Shown piece after piece: positions 51,621 through 60,489 of a stretch of DNA of 64,000 bases. The notes under the pieces are model-generated. The model saw only the letters and a list, made by a program, of their open reading frames with translations. It was not told where the DNA came from and ran no database searches. Made by a program: the position numbers and the translations under genes. The DNA is taken from assembly GCA_963727525.1 (NCBI GenBank), contig CAVSGO010000007.1:805393-869392 (forward strand), read 5' to 3'. The DNA is from an uncultured bacterium (GTDB lineage Bacteria > Krumholzibacteriota > Krumholzibacteriia > LZORAL124-64-63). Numbering within the stretch: the first letter of the stretch is position 1; each line of letters opens with the position of its first letter.

Positions 51621-52676
51621 GTGCCGATGACGGGACGGGCCATACCTACAGTCTTATCGCTGACGATCATCCTCACCGTGGTGGGGTGTGTCGGGAATGA
51701 GGGCGCCATTCTCATGGCGCCCGGTTCCTACGGCGATATCGCGATCGTCGCCTCCAGTGACGAGCTCGCGGGCGCACTCCGCTCCTTCACCAACGAACTC
51801 AACCGGGAATACTCGTTCGTCATCGCCCGCGAGATGCAATTCAACATCGACGTGTTCGAACCGGCGCGCTGGGAACTCTGCAAGGGCTACAAGAACGTCA
51901 TCCTGGTCGCCGTGCTTCCGGACGGCGGTCCGGTCGTCAAGGCCCTGAAGAAGCACGTGAGTTCCGACGAGTACCAGAAGCTGGCCACCAGCGCGGCGTC
52001 GATGCTCTATCTCGAGGAACCGTTCGCGAACTACCAGTTCGCCGTCGTCGTGGCCGGTCGCGACCGGAACAGCGTCCTGAGCCTGCTGCACCAGCATGCC
52101 GACGATCTGCGCCAGGTGATCGAGAACAAGGCGGCCGCGCGAATCATGCGGCGCTATCGCGTCGACGGGCTCGACTCGAACATCATGACCTCCCTCTGGA
52201 ACAAGGATCATTTCTTCCTCGAGGTACCGAACGTCTACCACCTGAACCAGGATCGCCCGGATGGTTTTTCAGCGGTGGAACTCATGCAGAATGGCCCCTC
52301 ACGCGGCCTGACCGTATCCTGGCGCGAGGTGGACGACCCTGTTGCCGTCCTCGCCGATACGACGGCGCTGCTCACGATGCGCGAGGCGATGGGGCGCGAG
52401 CTGCACGACGAGGAACTGGTGCCCGAAACCTTCGTCTGGACGGAGGACACGATCGGTGACATGCGGGCGGTGAAGCTGGAGGGGGCCTGGAGCAGCACGG
52501 ACAAGAATTTCTTCGGGGGCGGGCCGTTCTGGTCGTGGTTCGTTGCCGATCCGGGAACGCGGAGACTCTTCTGCCTCGACGCACTCTGCTATGCGCCGGG
52601 CCTCGACAAGATGGACATGTTCCGGCGCATGCGCGCCATCCTCGAGACGTTCTCGCTCAAACGGCCGCAGCCCTGA
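51621..52676 (+). CDS. lipoprotein of unknown function (possibly DUF4837-like)
   Basis: Lipobox 'LTVVGC'; 351 aa. Confidence 0.45.
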   Translation: MPMTGRAIPTVLSLTIILTVVGCVGNEGAILMAPGSYGDIAIVASSDELAGALRSFTNELNREYSFVIAREMQFNIDVFEPARWELCKGYKNVILVAVLPDGGPVVKALKKHVSSDEYQKLATSAASMLYLEEPFANYQFAVVVAGRDRNSVLSLLHQHADDLRQVIENKAAARIMRRYRVDGLDSNIMTSLWNKDHFFLEVPNVYHLNQDRPDGFSAVELMQNGPSRGLTVSWREVDDPVAVLADTTALLTMREAMGRELHDEELVPETFVWTEDTIGDMRAVKLEGAWSSTDKNFFGGGPFWSWFVADPGTRRLFCLDALCYAPGLDKMDMFRRMRAILETFSLKRPQP

Positions 52677-52731
52677 TCGGTGCGGGCGACGGAAGGACCG
52701 CCGCGTGCGCGTACATTCCCCCCGTACCGTG

Positions 52732-53493
52732 ATGATTCCCGCGGTTCTGTGCTTGCTGACTGGTGTCCCGGTCGCCATGGCAGCCCGGAACGACGCCGGA
52801 CAGGTCGATACCGGGCGCCACCGGCCGCAGGCGGTTGCGGTTGCCGACACCGGCCGCGCCGGCCAACCCTCGCGAGTGGAGGCCGCCATCGGCGTGGGCA
52901 TGCTCACCAGCGGCGATCTGCTGCGGGTCCGGACGGCGGCGGGTTCCGGCATCCCCTGGGCACCACCCGGGGGCTCGTCATTCGTGTCGGATGAGTACCT
53001 GCTCACGATCGATGAGGACGTAGCGTTCTCGCTCATGGTCAAGTACGATCTTACCCGATGGCTGGCCGTGCGTGCCGACGGCAGCACGGCGCGCGTCTCC
53101 GTCACGGCGAAAGCCCACAGCGGCGAGGTCGTGAATCTTCACCAGTGGGACACCGTCACGCTCAGCATGCTGGGGCTCGCCATCGAGGGCAAGCTGGTGC
53201 AACAGCCTAGCTATCCCTACCTGCTCGCGGGCGTCGCCTATGTGTCGCTGAGCGGCCATGGGGGCGAGGGTTTCGACCAGTCGCGCCTCGCGTTGCGGTT
53301 CGGTGCCGGCTACCACCACGATCTCGGGCAGCGGCTCGGCCTGCGCGTCGAAGCCCGCAATACGTTGCAACAGTTCAAGTTCTCGGACTACGTGCCACCA
53401 GTCGACGGCGCCATCCTGCCGAATTACACGATCGAGGAACGGGGACCGCAGCAACTCTGGGAGCTGCTGCTCGGGCTCACGGGCCGATTCTGA
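52732..53493 (+). CDS. small outer-membrane beta-barrel protein (OmpA-like barrel/porin family)
   Basis: Signal peptide 'MIPAVLCLLTGVPVAMA', alternating amphipathic strands, C-terminal '...LLLGLTGRF'. Confidence 0.55.
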   Translation: MIPAVLCLLTGVPVAMAARNDAGQVDTGRHRPQAVAVADTGRAGQPSRVEAAIGVGMLTSGDLLRVRTAAGSGIPWAPPGGSSFVSDEYLLTIDEDVAFSLMVKYDLTRWLAVRADGSTARVSVTAKAHSGEVVNLHQWDTVTLSMLGLAIEGKLVQQPSYPYLLAGVAYVSLSGHGGEGFDQSRLALRFGAGYHHDLGQRLGLRVEARNTLQQFKFSDYVPPVDGAILPNYTIEERGPQQLWELLLGLTGRF

Positions 53494-53623
53494 CCGCCGG
53501 AAACGCCGATTCTGTGGGGGATTTCCTTGGCGGGGCCCCGCGGCGGCGCTATATTCCGTGGGTTATGCCGACGACTCGCGATCGACGCGAGGACCGCACG
53601 ACCAGCCCCAGAGGATCCCATAC

Positions 53624-54520
53624 ATGAGCAACGTTATCGCCGTGGTGAACCACAAGGGTGGGAGCGGGAAGTCCACGACTGCCATCAATCTGGCCGCCGG
53701 GCTCACCCGCTACAGCGACGTCACGTCCTCGTGCCTCCTAATCGACATGGATCCCCATGGCTGCGCCACCAGCACGCTGCTGGGCAAGCTGGATGGCGAG
53801 CCCCCCGCGCGGAGCGTCTTCGATGTGCTGCGCCGCGCCATCACGCCGCACGACGGGATTGCGAGCACTGTCTACGACGAGAACATCGACGTGCTGCCAT
53901 CGAACCCGTCGCTCGAGAGCATGGCCAAGACGCAGATCACCGATCGCCTGGCCAAGGTCGTGCAGGCTCTCACGACGAGCTATGGCTGGATCATCATCGA
54001 TACGCCGCCGAACCTCGGGGTGCTCACGCAGAATGCGCTCGTCGCGGCCGACTACGTCCTGATCCCGACGCCGTGCACGGGCCTGGCGGTGCCGGCGCTG
54101 CGCCAGCTCAAGCAGCTGATCGAGCGGATCAAGGAGCGTCAGAATGTCTGGTTGCAGATGCTCGGCGTGCTGATCACGCTGAAGGACGGGCGTACGCCCC
54201 TACAGAAGGGTGTTCGGCGGGAGCTGGGCAACATCTTCGACAAGAACGACATCTTCCGCACGATCATCACGAACAACATCAAGATCGAGGAAGCCCCGGC
54301 AAACTTCCAGAGCATCTTCGCGTACGATTCCGGTTGTCTCGGCGCGTCCCTCTATCGCGACTGGATCAAGAAGGAATTCCTGAAGAAGCACCAGAAGCTG
54401 GAAAAGATGCGGATGGAGCAGCGCGAGGCGGCGGCCGCCGTGCAGGCGGCGGCGGTGGCCGAGGCCGCGAGCGCGAAAGAGGAAGAGGAAGAAGAGGCCG
54501 AGTCGGCGGACGAGGAATAG
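53624..54520 (+). CDS. orphan ParA/MinD-family ATPase with acidic/charged C-terminal tail
   Basis: Deviant Walker A 'NHKGGSGKSTTAINLA', 'IIDTPP', ~50 aa tail 'KKEFLKKHQKLEKMRMEQRE...EEEEEEAESADEE'; no parB nearby. Confidence 0.75.
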   Translation: MSNVIAVVNHKGGSGKSTTAINLAAGLTRYSDVTSSCLLIDMDPHGCATSTLLGKLDGEPPARSVFDVLRRAITPHDGIASTVYDENIDVLPSNPSLESMAKTQITDRLAKVVQALTTSYGWIIIDTPPNLGVLTQNALVAADYVLIPTPCTGLAVPALRQLKQLIERIKERQNVWLQMLGVLITLKDGRTPLQKGVRRELGNIFDKNDIFRTIITNNIKIEEAPANFQSIFAYDSGCLGASLYRDWIKKEFLKKHQKLEKMRMEQREAAAAVQAAAVAEAASAKEEEEEEAESADEE

Positions 54521-54527
54521 TCGCCCG

Positions 54528-55169
54528 TCAGCCTCGGTCGGCCACGTAAGGGTTGCTTGCGCGCTCGCGCCCCACCGTCGTGTCCGGTCCGTGGCCAGGG
54601 TGCAGATCTGTGGCATCCGGGAGCGTATAGATACGCGACCGGATGCTTTTTTCCAGGGTCGCGAAGTCCCCGCCGGGCAAGTCCGTGCGCCCGACGGATC
54701 CGGCGAAGACGCAATCTCCGACGATCGCATGCCCATCCCACGCGAACATCACATGCCCTGGCGCGTGCCCCGGGACGTGGGCCACGGCAATGGCGTCGTC
54801 GCCGAAGGGGAGGGCCAGGCCGTCCACCAGATCGGGCGCGTAGCGCGGCACCGCGGTCGACGGCAGATCATAGAAGGCCTGGTGTTCGGGCATGTGATCG
54901 ATGAAGTCCACGTCCGCGGCGTGGCAGCGCAGAGGCAGGTCGAGACGGTCCTGCACGGCGGCCGCGGCGCCGACGTGGTCGAAGTGTCCATGGGTGGCCA
55001 GGAGATAGCGCACGCGGCAACCGCTGGCGTCGACGGCCTGCAGGAGCCGGTCCGCCTCGTCGCCGGGATCGATCAGCGCCGCCTCGCCACCGGCGGTACC
55101 GGTGGTCAGGAGCCAGGCGTTCATCTGCAACGGTCCGACGGTGAGGCAGGTCAGGGTCCAGGTGGCCAT
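54528..55169 (-). CDS. MBL-fold metallo-hydrolase (glyoxalase II-like)
   Basis: 'ATHGHFDHVG' HxHxDH motif, downstream His/Asp ligands. Confidence 0.75.
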   Translation of the reverse strand: MATWTLTCLTVGPLQMNAWLLTTGTAGGEAALIDPGDEADRLLQAVDASGCRVRYLLATHGHFDHVGAAAAVQDRLDLPLRCHAADVDFIDHMPEHQAFYDLPSTAVPRYAPDLVDGLALPFGDDAIAVAHVPGHAPGHVMFAWDGHAIVGDCVFAGSVGRTDLPGGDFATLEKSIRSRIYTLPDATDLHPGHGPDTTVGRERASNPYVADRG

Positions 55170-55234
55170 GGCATCTCCTGAACGACGCGGCCGGGGTGCG
55201 GGAGCACCCCGGCCGGTGGTGGCGTCAGACGCCG

Positions 55235-56551
55235 TCAATCGTCGTAGTACTCCCGGCCGAGGTGCGTGATCAGCTCCTCGCCCATCATCCAGCGCAGGGT
55301 GTTCTTCAGCTTCTTGTGCTGGATGAAGAGGTCATGCTCCGGATAGAGCCCGGTGGGCACCACGGGGCTCTTGAAGAAGAAGCTGAGCCACTCCTGGATG
55401 CCCCCGAGGCCCGCCCGTTTGGCCAGGTCGAGGAACAGCGCGAGGTCGAGCACCAGCGGCGCGGCGAGGATCGAATCGCGGCACAGGAAATCGACCTTGA
55501 TCTGCATCGGCATACCACACCAGCCGAAGATGTCGATGTTGTCCCAGCCTTCCTTGTTGTCCCCGCGCGGCGGATAGTAGTTGATGCGGACCTTGTGGTA
55601 CAGGTTTCCGTAAAGGTCCGGATACAGCTCCGGCTGCAGAATCGAGCCCAGCACGCTGAGCTTCGACTCTTCCTTCGTCTTGAACGACCCGGGGTCGTCG
55701 AGCACCTCGCCATCGCGATTGCCGAGGATGTTGGTCGAGAACCAGCCGTTGATCCCCAGCATCCTGGCCTTGAATCCAGGGGCCAGGATGGTCTTCATGA
55801 GGGTCTGTCCGGTCTTGAAGTCCTTGCCACAGGTGGGACTGCCCGTCTGCTTGGCGAGTTCCTCGAGGGCGGGGACGTCACCGCTCAGGTTGGGGGCGCC
55901 GTTGGCGTAGGGGATGCCCTTCTTGATCGCGGCATAGGCGTAGATCATGCTCGGCGGAATATCCTGGTGGTCCTCTCGCAGCCCCTTCTCGAACGCCGCC
56001 ATCGACTGATGGACCTCGGAACGCTTGATGTAGATCTCGGTGGATCCGCACCAGACCATGACGAGGCGATCGCAACCGTTGGCGGCCTTGAAGTCGTCCA
56101 TGTCCTGCATCAGGGCTTCGGCCAGGGCCATCTTGTTCGCGCCCTTCTTGACGTGCTCGCCGTTGAGCTTCTTGACGTAGTACTGGTCGAATACGGCGGG
56201 CATGGGCCGGATCCCATCGATGGCCGGCTTCAGCTCGTCCAGGAGGGTCCGGTCGAGCACACCGGCCTTGACCGCAGCCTCGTAGACGGAGTCGTTGAAG
56301 ATGTCCCAGCCGCCGAAGACGATGTCGTCGAGATTGGCCAGAGGCACGAAATTGCGGATCAGAGGCTGGCGGCCCTCGGTCCGTTTGCCCAGCCGGATGT
56401 GCCCGAGCTGGGTGACGCTTCCCGTCGGGAGGCGCAGACCCCGGCGCACGGCCTCCAAGCCGGAGATGAACGTGGACGACACGGCGCCCATGCCCGGGGT
56501 CAGGATTCCGAGCTTCCCGGCCGCGGGCTTGATGTCCAGCTTTTCGCCCAT
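55235..56551 (-). CDS. myo-inositol-1-phosphate synthase-like (inositol-3-phosphate synthase family) NAD-dependent enzyme
   Basis: 438 aa; N-terminal Rossmann 'GILTPGMGAVSSTFISG', 'VMVWCGSTE', 'NGAPN', length/architecture of bacterial/archaeal MIPS; lower GC than neighbours by eye. Confidence 0.5.
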   Translation of the reverse strand: MGEKLDIKPAAGKLGILTPGMGAVSSTFISGLEAVRRGLRLPTGSVTQLGHIRLGKRTEGRQPLIRNFVPLANLDDIVFGGWDIFNDSVYEAAVKAGVLDRTLLDELKPAIDGIRPMPAVFDQYYVKKLNGEHVKKGANKMALAEALMQDMDDFKAANGCDRLVMVWCGSTEIYIKRSEVHQSMAAFEKGLREDHQDIPPSMIYAYAAIKKGIPYANGAPNLSGDVPALEELAKQTGSPTCGKDFKTGQTLMKTILAPGFKARMLGINGWFSTNILGNRDGEVLDDPGSFKTKEESKLSVLGSILQPELYPDLYGNLYHKVRINYYPPRGDNKEGWDNIDIFGWCGMPMQIKVDFLCRDSILAAPLVLDLALFLDLAKRAGLGGIQEWLSFFFKSPVVPTGLYPEHDLFIQHKKLKNTLRWMMGEELITHLGREYYDD

Positions 56552-56911
56552 AATCCTAAGCTCCTCTCACCAGTTGGTCGGTTGCCCTCATGGCAGTGCC
56601 CGCCCCAGGATAGGACGCATGGAGAGGGAAGGCAAAAGAAAAGAGGAGCTTACGGAACCTAAGCAAAACCACGAAATTCGCATATCCGGGGGTGGACATC
56701 TGACGTAACGATATGCTAAACTGTGTGCGCTTTGCGTCGGGTCGCTTGATGGCACTGCGGCGTGCGCAGTCCCCAGCCGGGGGCGCTTGCGCAAAGCCTG
56801 GTTCGCGGCGCGAGCCGGTTGACTCGAAGAAAGGAATGCATGGGCCCAGGGTAACGCGTCGGACAACTTGCTGCGAACACAATCGAGCATGCCTCGGGAG
56901 TGGGACATAAT

Positions 56912-57646
56912 ATGAAGGACGATGCGGCTGCCCTGTCGGTGCACACGCAGAGTTTTGCTCCGTCATCTGCTGCCTTTTTCATCCCCGTCGACACCCGGCG
57001 TTTCCGTGGCCTCACCGGTGTGGCCAAACGCGGATTCGACATTGTTTGCGCGTTGATCGGGCTCATAGTAGGCCTGCCGTTCGGGCTCGTGTTTGCGTTG
57101 CTCATCAAACGCTCGAGTTCGGGGCCGGTGTTTTTTGTCCAGGAGCGCCTGGGCAAGGACGGGCGTCCGTTCCCATTCTACAAGTTCCGCTCCATGCGCC
57201 ACGACAGCGACGACGCGATCCATCGCCAGTTCGCGGCCATGTTCATCGCGGGCGACGCCGACGGTTGCAAGACCAAGAACGGCGGCAAGACGAGTTTCAA
57301 GCTGGAGGAAGATCCCCGTATCACGGGGATCGGGGGCTGGTTGCGCCGGACCTCTCTGGACGAGTTGCCGCAACTCTGGAATATCTTGCGCGGCGACATG
57401 TCCATGGTCGGGCCACGTCCGCCGATCGCGTACGAGATCGAGAATTACCAGCCATGGCATCTCGAGCGCCTCAAGGTCACGCCGGGGCTGACGGGCATGT
57501 GGCAGGTCATGGGCCGCAGCAGCGTCTCGTTCGACGAGATGGTGCACCTCGACCTGTACTACATCAACAACTGGTCCCTGGTGCTGGATCTCCAGATCAT
57601 GGCGAGAACCATCCCGGTGGTACTGCGCGGGACCGGAGGTTTTTGA
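56912..57646 (+). CDS. undecaprenyl-phosphate sugar phosphotransferase (bacterial sugar transferase, PglC/WbaP C-terminal type)
   Basis: 'RGFDIVCALIGLIV', 'GPVFFVQERLGKDGRPF..YKFRSM', 'MSMVGPRP', 'PGLTGMWQV'. Confidence 0.8.
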   Translation: MKDDAAALSVHTQSFAPSSAAFFIPVDTRRFRGLTGVAKRGFDIVCALIGLIVGLPFGLVFALLIKRSSSGPVFFVQERLGKDGRPFPFYKFRSMRHDSDDAIHRQFAAMFIAGDADGCKTKNGGKTSFKLEEDPRITGIGGWLRRTSLDELPQLWNILRGDMSMVGPRPPIAYEIENYQPWHLERLKVTPGLTGMWQVMGRSSVSFDEMVHLDLYYINNWSLVLDLQIMARTIPVVLRGTGGF

Positions 57647-57771
57647 GAGCATCACGCTTCTCAAGGTGGCCTGATTTCTTCCGAAACGTACCGTGGTGAA
57701 GCAAGAACGCAGGGGGGCCTGCGTCTCGGGTCGGCATGCCGGCCCGCGTCGCGACGGAAAGGACGAGCGTC

Positions 57772-58797
57772 ATGATTCGAATGGGCGTCATTGGTTGCGG
57801 TTACTGGGGACCGAACCTCATCCGCAATTTCTCAAACAATCCCGACGTCGACCTCGCCGCCATTGCCGACATCGACGAGGCGCGCCTGGCGCACGTGGGG
57901 CGCCTGTATCCGAACGCGAAGCGTCTGCGTGATCATCGCGATCTGGTGAACGACCCCACGATCGACGCTGTCGTGGTGGCCACGCCGGTATCGACGCATT
58001 TCCCGCTGGGCAAGGAAGTCCTGCTGGCAGGGAAGCACCTCTTCCTCGAAAAACCGATGGCGACGACGCCGGCCGAATGCCGCGAGCTGAACGACCTGGC
58101 CGCTGCCGCGGATCTGCAGATCATGATCGGCCACACGTTCCTCTTCACCCCGGCCGTACAGAAGATCCGGGCGCTCATGCAGTCGGGGCAGCTGGGCGAC
58201 GTCTACTACGTGTCGATCACCCGGGTGAACCTGGGCATCTTCCAGAAGGACGTCAACGTGGTCTGGGACCTGGCGCCGCACGACGTCGCCATGCTCAATC
58301 ACCTCTTCGACGCGAAGCCGGAGGTCGTCAGCGCCACGGGCCGCTGCTACGTGCAGCGCGACAAGGGCATCGAGGACGTCGCGTTCCTCACCCTCGAGTA
58401 TCCGGGACGTCAGATCGCACACATCCACGTGAGCTGGCTCGACCCGAACAAGATCCGCCGCTGCACGTTCGTGGGCAGCCGGCAGATGCTGGTGTACGAC
58501 GACGTGTCCCCGACCGAGAAGATCCGCGTCTACGATAAGGGTGTTGAGGTCCAGCCTCATTATGATACCTTCGGCGAGTTCCAGCTCACGCTGCGGTCGG
58601 GGGACATTTTCGTGCCCCAGATCGAACAGACGGAGCCGTTGAAGGTGGAGGCCCAGCATTTCGTGGACGCGATCCTCGGGCGCGCGGAGTCCATTTCGAA
58701 CGGGACTCACGGCCTCGAGGTGGTGGAGATCCTCGAGAAGGCGTGCCTCTCCATCAAGGCTGACGGCCGGCCCATCGAGCTCGTGTCGGGCGCCTGA
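57772..58797 (+). CDS. Gfo/Idh/MocA-family NAD(P)-dependent sugar oxidoreductase
   Basis: 'MGVIGCGYWGPN', 'EKP' motif. Confidence 0.75.
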   Translation: MIRMGVIGCGYWGPNLIRNFSNNPDVDLAAIADIDEARLAHVGRLYPNAKRLRDHRDLVNDPTIDAVVVATPVSTHFPLGKEVLLAGKHLFLEKPMATTPAECRELNDLAAAADLQIMIGHTFLFTPAVQKIRALMQSGQLGDVYYVSITRVNLGIFQKDVNVVWDLAPHDVAMLNHLFDAKPEVVSATGRCYVQRDKGIEDVAFLTLEYPGRQIAHIHVSWLDPNKIRRCTFVGSRQMLVYDDVSPTEKIRVYDKGVEVQPHYDTFGEFQLTLRSGDIFVPQIEQTEPLKVEAQHFVDAILGRAESISNGTHGLEVVEILEKACLSIKADGRPIELVSGA

Positions 58798-58854
58798 TCG
58801 GCGCGGCGCGAGGCCAGGGCTCGTCGACACTGCTCGTCGAAGCAGAGGGGTGAC

Positions 58855-60003
58855 GTGGCCTCCGCCATCCGTGTGGCCATGATCGGCCAGAAGGGCTACC
58901 CGCCGGTGCACGGGGGTATCGAGCGGCACGTCGCCGAGCTGGCGCGTCGTCTCGCGCCGCTCGGGTTCGCCGTCGATATCTACAGCCGTCCTCATTACAG
59001 CCGGCTCACCGGTGAGACGGACGTGCCGGGCGTGCGCGTCATCCGATTGCCGAGTCTCGCCACCAAGCACTTCGACGCGATCTCCCACACCCTGCTCGCC
59101 ACGGCCGACGCGATGCGCCGGGGCGCGGACATCGTGCACTACCATGCGCTCGGCCCCGGGCTCCTGGCCTGGGCGCCGCGGTTCCTCGCGCGCCAGCGCA
59201 CCGTGGTGACGGTGCACGGGCTCGACTGGCAGCGCGAGAAATGGGGCCGGGTCGCACGCGCGGTCCTCAAGCTCGGCGAACTGGCGAGCGCACGGGCTCC
59301 GCAGCGGACGATCGTGGTCTCCCAGGACCTCCGCGAGCACTACCTGAAGCAGCATCGCGCCGTCACGGATTACATCCCCAACGGCATCACGCCGCCCGTC
59401 TATCGCGACGCCACCCTGCTGCAGGAAGGCGGCCTGCCGGCCACGTACATCCTCTTCGCCGCGCGCATCGTGCCGGAGAAGGGCCTGCACCTGCTCCTGG
59501 ACGCGCATGGCCGGTTGCCGGCGCCGCTGAGGCGCGCGTACCCGCTCGTCGTGGCCGGCGATGCCGGATTCACCCCGGGATACGCCACGCGGCTACGCGA
59601 GCGCGCCCACCCGGAAGTGCACTTCCTCGGCTTCGTGCACGGGGCACTCCTGGAAACGTTGTTTTCGCAGGCGACAGTGATGGTCCTGCCGTCTGCCATG
59701 GAAGGCCTCTCGATCACGCTGCTGGAGGCGATGGCCTACGGGCGCTGCTGCCTGGTCAGCGACATCCCGCCGAATCTGGAAGCGACGGCCGGACACGCGG
59801 CGTCGTTTCCCTCCGGCGATGCCGTCGCGCTGGGCGCCGCGCTCGCGGCCCTGCTCGATGATCCCGGCCGGCGCGACGAACTGGGACGGCAGGCCCAGCT
59901 CCACGCCATCGAGCACTATTCGTGGGATCGTGTCGCGGCCCGGACGGCGGCGCTGTACCGGGACCTCCTGGGGCGTCCGGAAGGCAGCCTTCATGCCCCC
60001 TGA
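58855..60003 (+). CDS. glycosyltransferase family 4
   Basis: GT-B fold, C-terminal 'PSAMEGLSITLLEAMAYGRCCLVSD' (EX7E region). Confidence 0.8.
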   Translation: MASAIRVAMIGQKGYPPVHGGIERHVAELARRLAPLGFAVDIYSRPHYSRLTGETDVPGVRVIRLPSLATKHFDAISHTLLATADAMRRGADIVHYHALGPGLLAWAPRFLARQRTVVTVHGLDWQREKWGRVARAVLKLGELASARAPQRTIVVSQDLREHYLKQHRAVTDYIPNGITPPVYRDATLLQEGGLPATYILFAARIVPEKGLHLLLDAHGRLPAPLRRAYPLVVAGDAGFTPGYATRLRERAHPEVHFLGFVHGALLETLFSQATVMVLPSAMEGLSITLLEAMAYGRCCLVSDIPPNLEATAGHAASFPSGDAVALGAALAALLDDPGRRDELGRQAQLHAIEHYSWDRVAARTAALYRDLLGRPEGSLHAP

Positions 60004-60066
60004 ATCAGGCAACGAGCCGGTTGACATTCCTCGGGCCATCGCTTATCTACTTGTGACCAACCTGGA

Positions 60067-60142
60067 GCGGGCATAGCTCAGTTGGTAGAGCACTACCTTG
60101 CCAAGGTAGTGGTCGCGAGTTCGAGTCTCGTTGCCCGCTCCA
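60067..60142 (+). tRNA. tRNA-Gly (anticodon GCC)
   Basis: Cloverleaf folded by hand: acceptor GCGGGCA/TGCCCGC, anticodon arm CTACC-TTGCCAA-GGTAG, T-loop GGTCGCGAGTTCGAGTCTCG, CCA encoded. Confidence 0.9.
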
Positions 60143-60198
60143 ATTTTTTTTGCCCCGCGGCGTCGCGTCGACGGGGTCCGCATCGAGGCCCGCCTGTC

Positions 60199-60227
60199 TT
60201 GACAAGGTACGTGTGGGCATTGATAAT
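60199..60227 (+). promoter_or_regulatory. sigma70 promoter TTGACA-N17-GATAAT for tRNA-Cys/tRNA-Leu
   Basis: Consensus -35, 17-nt spacer, near-consensus -10 ending 12 nt before tRNA-Cys. Confidence 0.5.
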
Positions 60228-60239
60228 TCGTTGCGGCGA

Positions 60240-60313
60240 GGCGGCATAGCCAAGAGGCAAGGCGACGGTCTGCAAAACCGTTATCCCCGGTTCGAATCCG
60301 GGTGCCGCCTCCA
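60240..60313 (+). tRNA. tRNA-Cys (anticodon GCA)
   Basis: Acceptor GGCGGCA/TGCCGCC, anticodon arm ACGGT-CTGCAAA-ACCGT, T-arm CCCGG-TTCGAAT-CCGGG, CCA encoded. Confidence 0.85.
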
Positions 60314-60348
60314 TTTTCATGCAATGCGCTCGGCGTCGACCAGCCGGT

Positions 60349-60436
60349 GCCGGGGTGGCGAAACTGGTAGACGCAAGGGACTTAAAATCCCTCGGAGCGT
60401 TGCTCCGTGCCGGTTCGAGTCCGGCCCTCGGCACCA
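60349..60436 (+). tRNA. tRNA-Leu (anticodon TAA), class II with long variable arm
   Basis: Acceptor GCCGGGG/CCTCGGC, anticodon arm AGGGA-CTTAAAA-TCCCT, variable arm CGGAGCGTTGCTCCG, T-arm GCCGG-TTCGAGT-CCGGC, CCA encoded. Confidence 0.85.
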
Positions 60437-60489
60437 TCATGTCGGCACCATCGTCCTCAACGCCATGCCGGCCGCGAGCCGGGCGCGGG

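Noticed and set aside
55196-56662. 488-aa plus-strand ORF
   Set aside because: Antisense to the MIPS-like gene, which has coherent Rossmann/NAD-enzyme features; plus-strand product is low complexity
57736-57771. Upstream extension of the oxidoreductase (MPARVATERTSV)
   Set aside because: Rossmann motif GVIGCGYWG sits right after ATG 57772, the more typical start
60439-60489. ATG start for the second GT4 three nucleotides after tRNA-Leu
   Set aside because: A start codon abutting a tRNA 3' end is implausible; in-frame GTG at 60490 gives a typical GT-B N-terminus (VPLRLAFLSIG)
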